This document shows, one piece after another, positions 17,771-26,044 of a DNA stretch of 26,732 bases (the first letter of the stretch is position 1; each line of letters opens with the position of its first letter). Below the pieces are notes generated by a model. It was not told where the DNA came from. It saw nothing but the letters and a program-made list of their open reading frames with translations, and did no database searches. Source of the stretch: Desulfobaccales bacterium (GTDB taxonomy: Bacteria; Desulfobacterota; Desulfobaccia; Desulfobaccales; 0-14-0-80-60-11); contig JBAQHL010000039.1 of NCBI GenBank assembly GCA_049288295.1, positions 1 through 26,732 of the forward strand, given 5' to 3'. The translations under genes were made by a program, and so were the position numbers.

Positions 17771-17895
17771 GACCTCTGCGAAAACCATGGTGAACAGCCG
17801 CCCCCGGCTGTATAGAGCAGACAAGGGCGCCTACTCTTCAATATATTGCTTAATTTGAGGGGCTTTTGGGGCAAGGTGGGATTTTCGCAGAGGTC
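17771..17895. mobile_element. MITE copy B, 125 bp, perfect 14-bp terminal inverted repeats
   Basis: GACCTCTGCGAAAA (17771-17784) and TTTTCGCAGAGGTC (17882-17895); no internal gene; second copy at 1911-2033. Confidence 0.75.
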
Positions 17896-17933
17896 CCACA
17901 ATACGCCACGTTTAGGTACAAGGATCACAAAGC

Positions 17934-18740
17934 ATGTGGGTCGCCGCCGTACAGCTTAATGCCACTGCGGATCTGGCCGGAAATGTGGAGCGGGCTCGAA
18001 AGCTTATCATCCAGGCCCAACACCGGGGCGCCGAACTGGTGGCCCTGCCGGAGCACTTTGCTTACCTGGGGCCTGAGGATCAAAACCCTCCCTCAGCCCA
18101 GCCCCTGCATGGCCCCCTGGTGAGCGAATTCGGGGAGATGGCCCGGAAGCTGGGCATCTTCCTGCTCCTGGGGTCTTTCCCTGAAGTTTCTAAGCCGGAC
18201 TCCCCCCCCTGCAACACCAGCGTGCTCCTGGGAAAAGATGGGGCCGTCCTGGCTGCCTATCGCAAGATACATCTTTTCGACGTGGATCTGGCGGGCGGCC
18301 CCAGCTACCAGGAATCCCGGTTTATCAGTCCCGGGCAGGAAGTGGTGACCGCCGCCCTCCCCGAAACCCCCTTCACGGCCGGCCTGGCCATCTGTTACGA
18401 TTTACGCTTCCCCGAGCTCTTTCGGGCGCTGAGAGGCCAGGGGGCTGAACTTATCTTTCTCCCCGCGGCCTTTACCCTGGCCACCGGCCGGGACCACTGG
18501 CAGGTGCTGGTCCGGGCCCGGGCCATCGAGAACCAGGCATACGTCATTGCCCCGGCCCAATGGGGCCAAAACTCCCCCGGCCGCCGCAGCTATGGGCGCT
18601 CCCTTATCGTGGACCCCTGGGGCACCATACTGGCCCAGGCCCCCGACACCGAGGGGTTTATCCTGGCCCAATTGGACCACGACCGCCTCGTCCGCCTCCG
18701 CCGGGAGATGCCCTGCTGGCAACACCGGCGCCTGGGGTAA
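17934..18740 (+). CDS. Carbon-nitrogen hydrolase, Nit1/deaminated glutathione amidase-like
   Basis: Catalytic E-K-C motifs LPE, YRKIHLFD, ICYDLRFPE; RARAIENQ, DPWG. Confidence 0.95.
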   Translation: MWVAAVQLNATADLAGNVERARKLIIQAQHRGAELVALPEHFAYLGPEDQNPPSAQPLHGPLVSEFGEMARKLGIFLLLGSFPEVSKPDSPPCNTSVLLGKDGAVLAAYRKIHLFDVDLAGGPSYQESRFISPGQEVVTAALPETPFTAGLAICYDLRFPELFRALRGQGAELIFLPAAFTLATGRDHWQVLVRARAIENQAYVIAPAQWGQNSPGRRSYGRSLIVDPWGTILAQAPDTEGFILAQLDHDRLVRLRREMPCWQHRRLG

Positions 18741-18742
18741 TA

Positions 18743-18794
18743 AAAAAGTGGGGGGAGAGCCAGGGACTCAAGACCCCTGGCCCTCACCCCTTTT
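18743..18794. terminator. Hairpin after the amidase gene; related elements at ~5574-5620 and ~11838-11877
   Basis: GCCAGGG/CCCTGGC core stem with outer GGGG/CCCC and AAAA/TTTT flanks. Confidence 0.55.
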
Positions 18795-18850
18795 GGGAAA
18801 CTTATTCTCTTTGTGGAGAAAGAGAATAATCATGTTGTTTCATTATCTAT

Positions 18851-19030
18851 AAAAAGAGCAAGGGGGATTATGGCTTACAGTATGTGGACTGGCCAGAGGC
18901 CTCTGGGAGGACGGGAGTCAGGATACCTTGGAAGGCTCTCCTCACATAAAACGAGCGAACCCTTACCCCCCGGCGGTAAGAGCTCGCCCGCAGTTGTTTT
19001 ACAGGTAACGACCGGGGCTGTAACCCCCCG
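18851..19030 (-). ncRNA. Candidate structured ncRNA or structured 3' UTR (~180 nt), family unknown
   Basis: Closing stem TTACAG/CTGTAA plus G/C runs; 16-bp hairpin with 3 G-U pairs on the minus strand; second domain closed by TATGTG/CACATA; ends in a T-run. Confidence 0.45.
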
Positions 19031-19048
19031 GAAAATTACCGTTTAGGC

Positions 19049-19237
19049 TTAGGAAGTTGAGGCTTTTTCCTTGATTTCGGGTTTGGCCACCTCATCAAAA
19101 TACGGCTGGAAAACATCCTCATTGACACGAAGCATCAAACCCTCACAGGAAATACAGAGGGCCGTATGATCATCCAAGCCGGCCACCCGTTGATCCTGGG
19201 TTCCACAATCCACACATTGGTATTCGTATAATGGCAT
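19049..19237 (-). CDS. FmdB-family zinc-ribbon protein (62 aa)
   Basis: MPLYEYQCVDCG...LCISCEG; AAGGGGGAG SD before ATG 19237. Confidence 0.88.
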   Translation of the reverse strand: MPLYEYQCVDCGTQDQRVAGLDDHTALCISCEGLMLRVNEDVFQPYFDEVAKPEIKEKASTS

Positions 19238-19267
19238 AAACTCTCCCCCTTTCCACATTAATATGTA

Positions 19268-19283
19268 TGCAATAACCATGCCT
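19268..19283 (-). promoter_or_regulatory. sigma54 promoter for the Zn-ribbon gene
   Basis: AGGCAT-GGTTA-TTGCA on the minus strand (GG-N10-GC). Confidence 0.65.
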
Positions 19284-19528
19284 CCTTGTGCAATCAAGCC
19301 CCCAGCTTAATTCTTTCTTAATTCTAACCCCCTGATAATAAACTATAAATTTCACAAGCCCTGAAAAACAGAACTTTATTATTAATATATCAATGATAAC
19401 AAGGAGATAGCTGTATAATTCCCTATGTCTCCGGCCAAACCTGGAATTTCCAAAAGACAGGTTTCTTTGGGGAGGTTTTCCCCCAGACGGGCCTATTTCA
19501 GAAGATGGGAAAGGCACAAGCTCAGGTC

Positions 19529-19555
19529 TGTCAAGAGGTTGACACCTGGTGTCAA
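19529..19555. promoter_or_regulatory. Overlapping palindromes TGTCAA-N4-TTGACA-N5-TGTCAA, candidate activator site
   Basis: Three perfect half-sites between divergent sigma54 promoters. Confidence 0.45.
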
Positions 19556-19812
19556 TCAGAGCACTACGAAGTTCTCAGGGTAAATATCTAAGTAAAAACC
19601 TGAGATAGGGGTTTAATAGGACTTTTTGCAAAGAAGGACTGATGGACCATTCCGTCAATGAGGTGAGGGGCAAGGGATATGGGGAATTTTTCTCCATAAA
19701 TGAGACGAAATTCCCCAAAAGAAGGAAAAGCTGCTGTTATTAGCTGGGATTTATTAACGTGATCCTCCGGGATGCTTTTCTGCCCGTTGATGGTTAAATA
19801 TATGGCTTTTCC

Positions 19813-19858
19813 GCCACAAGATTTTCAGGGTCTGTGGTTTTTTTGCCACAAATGTGGA
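19813..19858. promoter_or_regulatory. Candidate bEBP sites upstream of lpxC (CCACA/TGTGG half-sites)
   Basis: TGTGG-N8-CCACA at 19833-19850 plus flanking half-sites, ~100 nt upstream of the predicted transcription start. Confidence 0.45.
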
Positions 19859-19919
19859 GGAAGCCTGAAAAGTGGAAAAAAAAATACAATGATATTAACG
19901 TGTTAAATTATGAGATGAA

Positions 19920-19935
19920 TGGTATGGGCCTTGCA
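19920..19935 (+). promoter_or_regulatory. sigma54 promoter for lpxC
   Basis: TGGTAT-GGGCC-TTGCA, 23 nt before the ATG. Confidence 0.65.
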
Positions 19936-19958
19936 GAAATCTTCGGCGGGGGGGGATA

Positions 19959-20876
19959 ATGATCTGGCAAAAAACCATTGCACGCCCAATCACGGTGACG
20001 GACATCGGGTTACATTCCGGTCAGCCAGTTACCATGTCCATTTACCCGGCTGCGGCTAACCAGGGACTCAGGTTCATTCGCACCGATCTGCCGGGTAACC
20101 CTCAAGTGCGGGCGCATTACAGCCGGGTCGTGGATACCACCCGGGCCACCACCCTGGGGGAGGGTCAGGCGACCCTGGCCACGGTGGAACACGTACTGTC
20201 GGCGTTTTACGGCCTGGGTCTCGATAACGCCGTCATCGAGGTGGACGGGCCGGAAATTCCCATCATGGACGGCAGCGCCAAACCTTTTGTGGACCTCTTG
20301 ATGAAGGCCGGCTCCAGCTCCTTGCCCTGGCCCAAGTCTTATCTTCTGGTCCACAAAGAGGTGGAGTTCTCCAACGGCGACGGCTGGATGAGGATAACGC
20401 CGGGGAAGCCCCGCATCATGTATGCCATCGACTTCCCCCATCCCTTGATCAGGCGGCAGCGTTTTACCGTGCCCCTCGATGCCGAACACTTCCGCCGGGA
20501 AATTGCCCCGGCCCGGACCTTTGGCTTCCTGAAAGAGGTGCAATTTTTACAATCCCGGGGTCTGGCCCGAGGAGGTTCCCTGGATAACGCCCTGGTGTTG
20601 GACGACACCGACGTCCTCAACCCGGGGGGCTTCAGGTTCCCGGAAGAATGTGTGCGCCACAAGATCCTGGACGTTCTGGGCGATCTGGCCCTCTTGGGCA
20701 TGCCCATTTTGGGCTGCCTGGATGTGAGCCGGGGAAGTCATGATTTGCACCAGCGGTTTGTCCAGCATCTCATTGATCAGGAACACGCCTGGCGGCTGTG
20801 GGTGCCGCCTCTCCATAACCGCACCCCGCGGCGTGGTTTTGAACCGGCCCCCTTCTGGCAGGGGGCCCCAGCCTAA
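19959..20876 (+). CDS. lpxC: UDP-3-O-acyl-N-acetylglucosamine deacetylase
   Basis: QKTI...GLHSG, TVEHVLSA, EIPIMDGSA, ARTFGF, GGSLDNA, RHKILDVLGDL. Confidence 0.98.
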   Translation: MIWQKTIARPITVTDIGLHSGQPVTMSIYPAAANQGLRFIRTDLPGNPQVRAHYSRVVDTTRATTLGEGQATLATVEHVLSAFYGLGLDNAVIEVDGPEIPIMDGSAKPFVDLLMKAGSSSLPWPKSYLLVHKEVEFSNGDGWMRITPGKPRIMYAIDFPHPLIRRQRFTVPLDAEHFRREIAPARTFGFLKEVQFLQSRGLARGGSLDNALVLDDTDVLNPGGFRFPEECVRHKILDVLGDLALLGMPILGCLDVSRGSHDLHQRFVQHLIDQEHAWRLWVPPLHNRTPRRGFEPAPFWQGAPA

Positions 20877-20899
20877 CCCTTGATTTTGTCATCTTCCGG

Positions 20900-20948
20900 A
20901 GCGTCCCCTTGTACCCAATGGGGGGTAACCAGGGGGCGCTCTCTTCTT
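20900..20948. terminator. Hairpin between convergent lpxC and mtaB
   Basis: GAGCGTCCCCT/AGGGGGCGCTC stem followed by TCTTCTTT. Confidence 0.5.
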
Positions 20949-20970
20949 TAAAAGTAATTACTTTAGCCGT

Positions 20971-22275
20971 TCAAGTAATTACTTCTCCCACCACGGTTTC
21001 CTCCCGCACCTCAAGAAACCTGACCTTGACCAGGCGGTTGGCCCATTGGGGCGGGCCCGCCAGGATGACCCTGAGATAATTGGCGCTGAGACCCTTGAGC
21101 CAGCCCGGACGGCCGGGGGCCGGTCCTTCCACCAGCACCTCTCCTGCCTGACCGACCTGAGCCTGATAAAAAGCAGCCTTTTTATCCAGGCCGAGCTGCC
21201 GCATAACCCGGGCCCGGCGTTGGACTTCCCCGCCGGCAAGGAGGGCCATGGCCTGGGCCCTGGTGCCGGGGCGGGGGGAAAAGGGAAAGACATGGAGGTA
21301 GGCCGCGGGCAAAGCCTCCACCAACTTCCAGGTGTTCTTAAAATCCGGGACACTCTCTCCGGGAAAACCCACCAAAACATCCAGTCCCAGGGCGGCGGCC
21401 GGAAAACGGTCTTGGAGTTCCATGACCAGATCCCGAAAATGTTCGGGTTGGTAAGGGCGCCCCATGGCCTGGAGAACCGCTCCTGAGCCGCTTTGCAGGG
21501 GCAGATGGAAGTGGGGGCAAAGATCGGGGCAGGCGGACAGGGCCTCCATTAAATCACCGGTGATTTCCTGTGGTTCAAGGGAGCTGAGGCGCAGGCGAAA
21601 AGGCCAGCTTTTTTGAGACAGCCCCCTGAGGAGCCGGGCAAGGCTTCCGGGGTGAGCCAGGTCCTTGCCGTATTGGCCCAGGTCGATGCCGGTGAGGACC
21701 ACCTCTTGAAAGTCCCTGGCGGCCAAATTTTCCAGGGAGGACCAGACACCATCCGGGGGGAGGCTGCGCCCCGGACCCCGCACCGAGGGGACGATGCAGT
21801 AGCTGCAGGCGTGGCTGCACCCATCCTGGACTTTGAGCCAGGCCCGGGTATGGCCGGGAAAACGGCTGACCTGACAAAGTTGAAAAGCCTCTTGTTGATC
21901 AAACCCTTGCACCTGAACCCGGGGTCCCGGCATCGCTGACCGGCAAGCCAGTATCTGCCGCAGAATAACTTTTTCCTGGTTCCCCAGGACCCTGGCCACG
22001 TTGGGGAGGGAGGCCAGGGTCTCCGGGGACCGCTGGGCATAACAACCGGTGACCCAAAGCTCAGCGGCCGGGTATTGGCGGGCCAGCCGGCGTATGGTTT
22101 GGCGGGCCTGCTGGTCGGCCCGGGCGGTCACGGTGCAGGTATTGACCATGACCAGATCCGGGGCCGCGCCCAGGGGTCTGAGGGTGAAGCCCAGGTCCTC
22201 CAGGACTTCGGCCATCCCGGCCGACTCATACTGGTTCACCTTGCAGCCAAAGGTGATGATCTGGAAGGTTGGCAT
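20971..22275 (-). CDS. mtaB: tRNA t6A37 C2-methylthiotransferase (radical SAM)
   Basis: TFGCKVNQYES, NTCTVT, KVQDGCSHACSYCIVP, RLSSLEP, LHVFPFSPRPGT. Confidence 0.93.
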   Translation of the reverse strand: MPTFQIITFGCKVNQYESAGMAEVLEDLGFTLRPLGAAPDLVMVNTCTVTARADQQARQTIRRLARQYPAAELWVTGCYAQRSPETLASLPNVARVLGNQEKVILRQILACRSAMPGPRVQVQGFDQQEAFQLCQVSRFPGHTRAWLKVQDGCSHACSYCIVPSVRGPGRSLPPDGVWSSLENLAARDFQEVVLTGIDLGQYGKDLAHPGSLARLLRGLSQKSWPFRLRLSSLEPQEITGDLMEALSACPDLCPHFHLPLQSGSGAVLQAMGRPYQPEHFRDLVMELQDRFPAAALGLDVLVGFPGESVPDFKNTWKLVEALPAAYLHVFPFSPRPGTRAQAMALLAGGEVQRRARVMRQLGLDKKAAFYQAQVGQAGEVLVEGPAPGRPGWLKGLSANYLRVILAGPPQWANRLVKVRFLEVREETVVGEVIT

Positions 22276-22299
22276 GGGCTAATCAAGATGAGGTATACA

Positions 22300-22451
22300 G
22301 GGTGGGCAGTGCCCGCTCTTCATGTACTATTTTCAGACCGTTGTTTGGGCTAAAGGTAATACTGTTCACGTAAGCATTTTCGCAGGGGCAGGGTCTGCCT
22401 GCCTTTGGCTGAACTGCCTTCTTTCATTGGGCGGGGAGACCCCGCCTCTAC
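22300..22451. repeat. REP-like elements between mnmA and mtaB
   Basis: GGGTGGGCAGTGCCCGCTC; inverted pair GCAGGGGCAGGGTCTGCCTGCC and GGGCGGGGAGACCCGCCTCTAC (GTAG end on the minus strand). Confidence 0.55.
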
Positions 22452-22544
22452 ACAAAGATGCAAGCGCCTCGCTTAAGTTCATAGCATTGGGGCTAAAGGC
22501 ACAATTAGTCAAACGGAGACCCAGGCTAAAGAATGTCGCCCCTC

Positions 22545-23600
22545 TCATTGTAACCGCTCTTCAATCCAGGCGCCGCCCAGGAGGCAGTCACCGTCATAAA
22601 AAGCCACGGCCTGGCCGGGGCTCACCGCCGCCTGCGGGGTGTCGAAGATCACCTCCGCCCTATACCCGGGTTGGGGCCGCAAAACCGCCTGAACCCCCGG
22701 GTGCCGGTAACGGATGACCGCGGTTACCTTAAGCTCTTGCGGGGGAGGGTTGATGAGCCAGTTCAGGCCGGCAGCCCGCAACCCCGGCGACAAGAGATCT
22801 TTTTTGGGGCCGATGACCACCCGGTGGCATTCCGGTTGGATCTGGATGACGTAATAGGGCTCCCGGGCCGGGGTGTTCAGCCCCCGGCGTTGGCCCACCG
22901 TGAACTTCTCCACTCCCTGATGTTTTCCCAGGATGCGGCCCTGGCCATCCACCAGGTCGCCGGGGAAGCCCCGCCGCCCTCGCCTGGCCCAGATAAACTC
23001 CTGATAGCCGCCCCGGGGTATGAAACAGATGTCCTGACTTTCCTGGCAACTGGCCACAAAAGGAACCAGCATTTCCTGAAACCGGGCCCGCACCTCTTGT
23101 TTGGTCATGGCTCCCAGGGGAAATTCCAGAAAAGGCAGAAGGGCCCGGGGGGCCTGGCAGAGAAAATAGGATTGGTCCTTGGTCCGGTCCACCCCGCGAC
23201 ACAGGCGGGGTAAGCCGTCCGGCCCCGGTTTAAGCTGCACATAGTGTCCGGTGGCCAAACGGCTGACTCCCAGGGCTTTGACCTTTTCCCAGAGGATGCC
23301 GAATTTGATGAGCGCGTTGCACCGCACACAGGGGTTGGGGGTGTGGCCCAGGAAATACTGGTCCACGAAATAGTTCACCACCAGGTGGCTAAATTCCTCC
23401 CGAAGGTCAAGAACCTCGAGAGGAATATCCAGGCGGCGGGCCAACACTTGAAGTTCAGCGGGAATTGAGGTTCCCTGCCCCAGGCGCAGGTGGAAACCCC
23501 GGACGTCGAAGCCCTGGCTTTTGAGGAGCAAGGCAGCCACGGTGCTGTCAACGCCGCCGCTCAAGGCTACCGCCACTGTGCCTTTGTTTTTGGAACCCAT
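22545..23600 (-). CDS. mnmA: tRNA 2-thiouridine(34) synthase
   Basis: [52 protein letters not shown]. Confidence 0.97.
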   Translation of the reverse strand: MGSKNKGTVAVALSGGVDSTVAALLLKSQGFDVRGFHLRLGQGTSIPAELQVLARRLDIPLEVLDLREEFSHLVVNYFVDQYFLGHTPNPCVRCNALIKFGILWEKVKALGVSRLATGHYVQLKPGPDGLPRLCRGVDRTKDQSYFLCQAPRALLPFLEFPLGAMTKQEVRARFQEMLVPFVASCQESQDICFIPRGGYQEFIWARRGRRGFPGDLVDGQGRILGKHQGVEKFTVGQRRGLNTPAREPYYVIQIQPECHRVVIGPKKDLLSPGLRAAGLNWLINPPPQELKVTAVIRYRHPGVQAVLRPQPGYRAEVIFDTPQAAVSPGQAVAFYDGDCLLGGAWIEERLQ

Positions 23601-23760
23601 GGCATGAGGGAATTGCTAATCGCGTGTTTAATAATGTTGCAATATTGGTTAAATTTTGGATTTAGTATATAATCCCTTGGAATTTTTGGAAATACCCGGC
23701 AATACCAGGTCAGTTCTCACCTCTCCTGTTCAAATATTTGAACCTTTCACCACCAAAGTG

Positions 23761-24144
23761 TCAGTTCATGTTCACCTGGTTTGCCAGATTCTGGTTTGCC
23801 AGATTAATGAAGGTGGGATACTCCAGGAAACAGACGGCTACCCCGTGATAGCCGCTATCAGGGGAGGGCCCTTCCAGGCGCACCACTTGCGCTTGTACCT
23901 GGATATAGGGGAAATCACAATGACTCAAGGGGGCCAGGGGAGTGGAGATGGTGAGCATGAGGGTATTTCCCGGTTCGAGGGGGAGGGGGTCCAGGGAGTG
24001 GAAGTAGACGCCACTCAAACTAAAATCCTTTAGTATTCCTTGTCCTTGGTGAACTTCACCTGACTCAGGATGACAGCTAGTGTATTCCAGGGGCAGGGTC
24101 AGAAGCAGCCGCTGGAACCGGCGTCTTTCCTCATCTTGATCCAA
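23761..24144 (-). CDS. PilZ-domain c-di-GMP-binding protein
   Basis: RRRFQR (RxxxR) and DFSLSG (DxSxxG); start moved to TTG 24144 with AGGAG 8 nt upstream, because GTG 24207 lies inside the sigma54 promoter. Confidence 0.85.
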   Translation of the reverse strand: MDQDEERRRFQRLLLTLPLEYTSCHPESGEVHQGQGILKDFSLSGVYFHSLDPLPLEPGNTLMLTISTPLAPLSHCDFPYIQVQAQVVRLEGPSPDSGYHGVAVCFLEYPTFINLANQNLANQVNMN

Positions 24145-24198
24145 AAGGAGGGCTCCTAGGCGATTTCGGTGGAAAAGAGCATCAACTAATTTATACGT

Positions 24199-24214
24199 TG
24201 CACTCACTGTGCCA
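24199..24214 (-). promoter_or_regulatory. sigma54 promoter for the PilZ gene
   Basis: TGGCAC-AGTGA-GTGCA on the minus strand. Confidence 0.65.
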
Positions 24215-24267
24215 GACAGGCAGGCAGGAGCCCCTGAAAGGAGCAGAAAAGTGGGGAGAGATAATCC

Positions 24268-24296
24268 TTGACGGGACCCGGAGGTTACTTTACCAT
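24268..24296 (+). promoter_or_regulatory. sigma70-like promoter for the parA-like gene
   Basis: TTGACG-N17-TACCAT. Confidence 0.55.
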
Positions 24297-24338
24297 GAAA
24301 AAAATTTGTGGGCCCTGCCCGAGGAAGACTCAGTCATC

Positions 24339-25157
24339 ATGAGCAACGTGGTTGCCATCATCAATCAGAAGGGCGGCACCGGCAAGACCACCACCACCAT
24401 CAATTTGGGGGCTTGCCTGGCCTATCAGGGCTATGCCACCCTGCTGGTGGATCTGGACCCTCAGGCCCACACCACCATCGGCATCGGGGTGGACCCGGAC
24501 AGCTTTCAGGAGTCCATGGCCGAGGTCATGAGCATTCCCAAAAAGCCCATTGCCGAAGTGACTTTGCCCACCTATGTTCCGGGACTCTTCCTGGCGCCGG
24601 CGCACATCCGCCTGGCCAGAGCGGCGGAAATGGCTTATACCCGGGTTTTCCGGGAAGCCATCCTGGCCCAGGCCTTGAACGAAGTGGACTACGATTTCGT
24701 TATCATTGATTGTCCTCCCTCCCTTGGAGTGCTGACCACCAATTCCTTGTACGCCTGCAATCTTATTATCATTCCCTGCCAGATTTCCCGATACTCCCTG
24801 GACGGCCTGGCAGACCTGCTCACCACCGTGGAGACGGTAAAAGGGCTGGACCCGGAGCGGCTTTTCCAGGAAGACCTTTTCCGCATCCTCCTCACCATGT
24901 TCGACAGGCGCAACCGGGTGACCAACGAATATATCCTGGAGCAACTCAGACCCTACCGGGAAAAGACCTTTACGACCCTGGTGATGAAAAACGAGGCCTT
25001 GAATCAGGCCCAGATCGCTCAGAAGGCCATTTTTGATTTTGATCCCCGGAGCTCAGGCACCCAGGATTATCAACAACTTACCCAGGAATTTCTGGAATTA
25101 TGTCGAAAAAGAAACAGCTTTCCGGAAAGAAAACGAAACTGGCAAAGCTGCCCTTAA
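24339..25157 (+). CDS. ParA/Soj-family ATPase (no adjacent parB)
   Basis: Deviant Walker A NQKGGTGKTTT, DLDPQ, IIDCPPSLG, TMFDRR. Confidence 0.93.
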   Translation: MSNVVAIINQKGGTGKTTTTINLGACLAYQGYATLLVDLDPQAHTTIGIGVDPDSFQESMAEVMSIPKKPIAEVTLPTYVPGLFLAPAHIRLARAAEMAYTRVFREAILAQALNEVDYDFVIIDCPPSLGVLTTNSLYACNLIIIPCQISRYSLDGLADLLTTVETVKGLDPERLFQEDLFRILLTMFDRRNRVTNEYILEQLRPYREKTFTTLVMKNEALNQAQIAQKAIFDFDPRSSGTQDYQQLTQEFLELCRKRNSFPERKRNWQSCP

Positions 25158-25474
25158 CCGAGGCTCTCTCCCGGCAGATGGAGGATCCGGGCCATGAGAC
25201 CCCAGCCGCCGTGGTCCCCAAGGTGGAGTTCTCCCAGCCCGCCTTCTCCTGGGAGAGTTTGGAGGCAGGCGCCGCCGGTTTGCTCACCGCGGCTTATGTC
25301 CTGGTGTTTCATGACCTCATGAGTCTCAAAAGCGAGGTCCCCTGGACCAGCGAGGAGAATTTTCCTTCGGCGGACATCCAACCCACCTCTCCCCTCCCAG
25401 CCCACCAGGTCAAGCAGGCCCTCCGCCAGGCCAAGGAGGATCTGTCCGACCTCGCCCGCCTGCTTTCCGGTTGA
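25100..25474 (+). CDS. Hypothetical protein overlapping the parA-like gene end (124 aa)
   Basis: Lys-rich N-terminus, C-terminal amphipathic helix; 58-nt overlap. Confidence 0.6.
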   Translation: MSKKKQLSGKKTKLAKLPLTEALSRQMEDPGHETPAAVVPKVEFSQPAFSWESLEAGAAGLLTAAYVLVFHDLMSLKSEVPWTSEENFPSADIQPTSPLPAHQVKQALRQAKEDLSDLARLLSG

Positions 25475-25516
25475 CGGTCTTTTCCCAACAATCGCCGCTT
25501 TTCCCCGGGAAACGTC

Positions 25517-25927
25517 TTACTCCGACAAGAGCCACACCGCGACCATGGCCAGAACCAGGCCGACCAACTGGCGTGGGTTGAGGGTTTCTCTGAGAAAAAC
25601 CCAACTGAGCAGTACGGTCACCACGGGATAGAGGGAGGTGAGGGGGACAACCACCGACGCCGCGCCATAATGCAACGCCCGAAAGAAAAAAAACAAGCCG
25701 AAGGCGGTGGACATGCCGGCAGCCAGGGCTGCGGCCCAGCCCCAGGGGTGGAAGGGCACCTTGCCGCCGGTTTCATACAACAAAATAAAAAATACCGGCA
25801 AATAACCGAACATGCCGAGGAGATAAGCTCCCTGGGGACCCAGGTGCTGGGTGGCCACCTTGGAAAACAACCCCCACAACCCCCACAGTCCGAGAGAAAC
25901 CAGCGACAGCGCCAGCCAAGTGGACAC
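25517..25927 (-). CDS. EamA/DMT-family small membrane transporter
   Basis: About 5 TM helices, WG...SK, ASVVVPLTSLYPVVTVLLSWVFLRETL; GTG 25927 after AAGGAG. Confidence 0.9.
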   Translation of the reverse strand: MSTWLALSLVSLGLWGLWGLFSKVATQHLGPQGAYLLGMFGYLPVFFILLYETGGKVPFHPWGWAAALAAGMSTAFGLFFFFRALHYGAASVVVPLTSLYPVVTVLLSWVFLRETLNPRQLVGLVLAMVAVWLLSE

Positions 25928-26044
25928 GTGCACTCCTTTCCTTGCCGGAACAGGCATTTTTCTTTAAATATGTTAATTTATAGAACTGTGCAAGGGCGTC
26001 CGGCCGCGGGGCCGGCCTGACCCTATTCGAAAGGAGATATCCCT

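Noticed and set aside
2348..18740. HIT plus nitrilase as a Nit-Fhit functional pair
   Set aside because: About 15 kb apart with many unrelated genes between; both families are common
18851..19030. 6S or SRP RNA identity for the structured region
   Set aside because: Multi-branched rather than one long rod; no SRP TCAGG...GGAAG-CAGC motif in the correct arrangement
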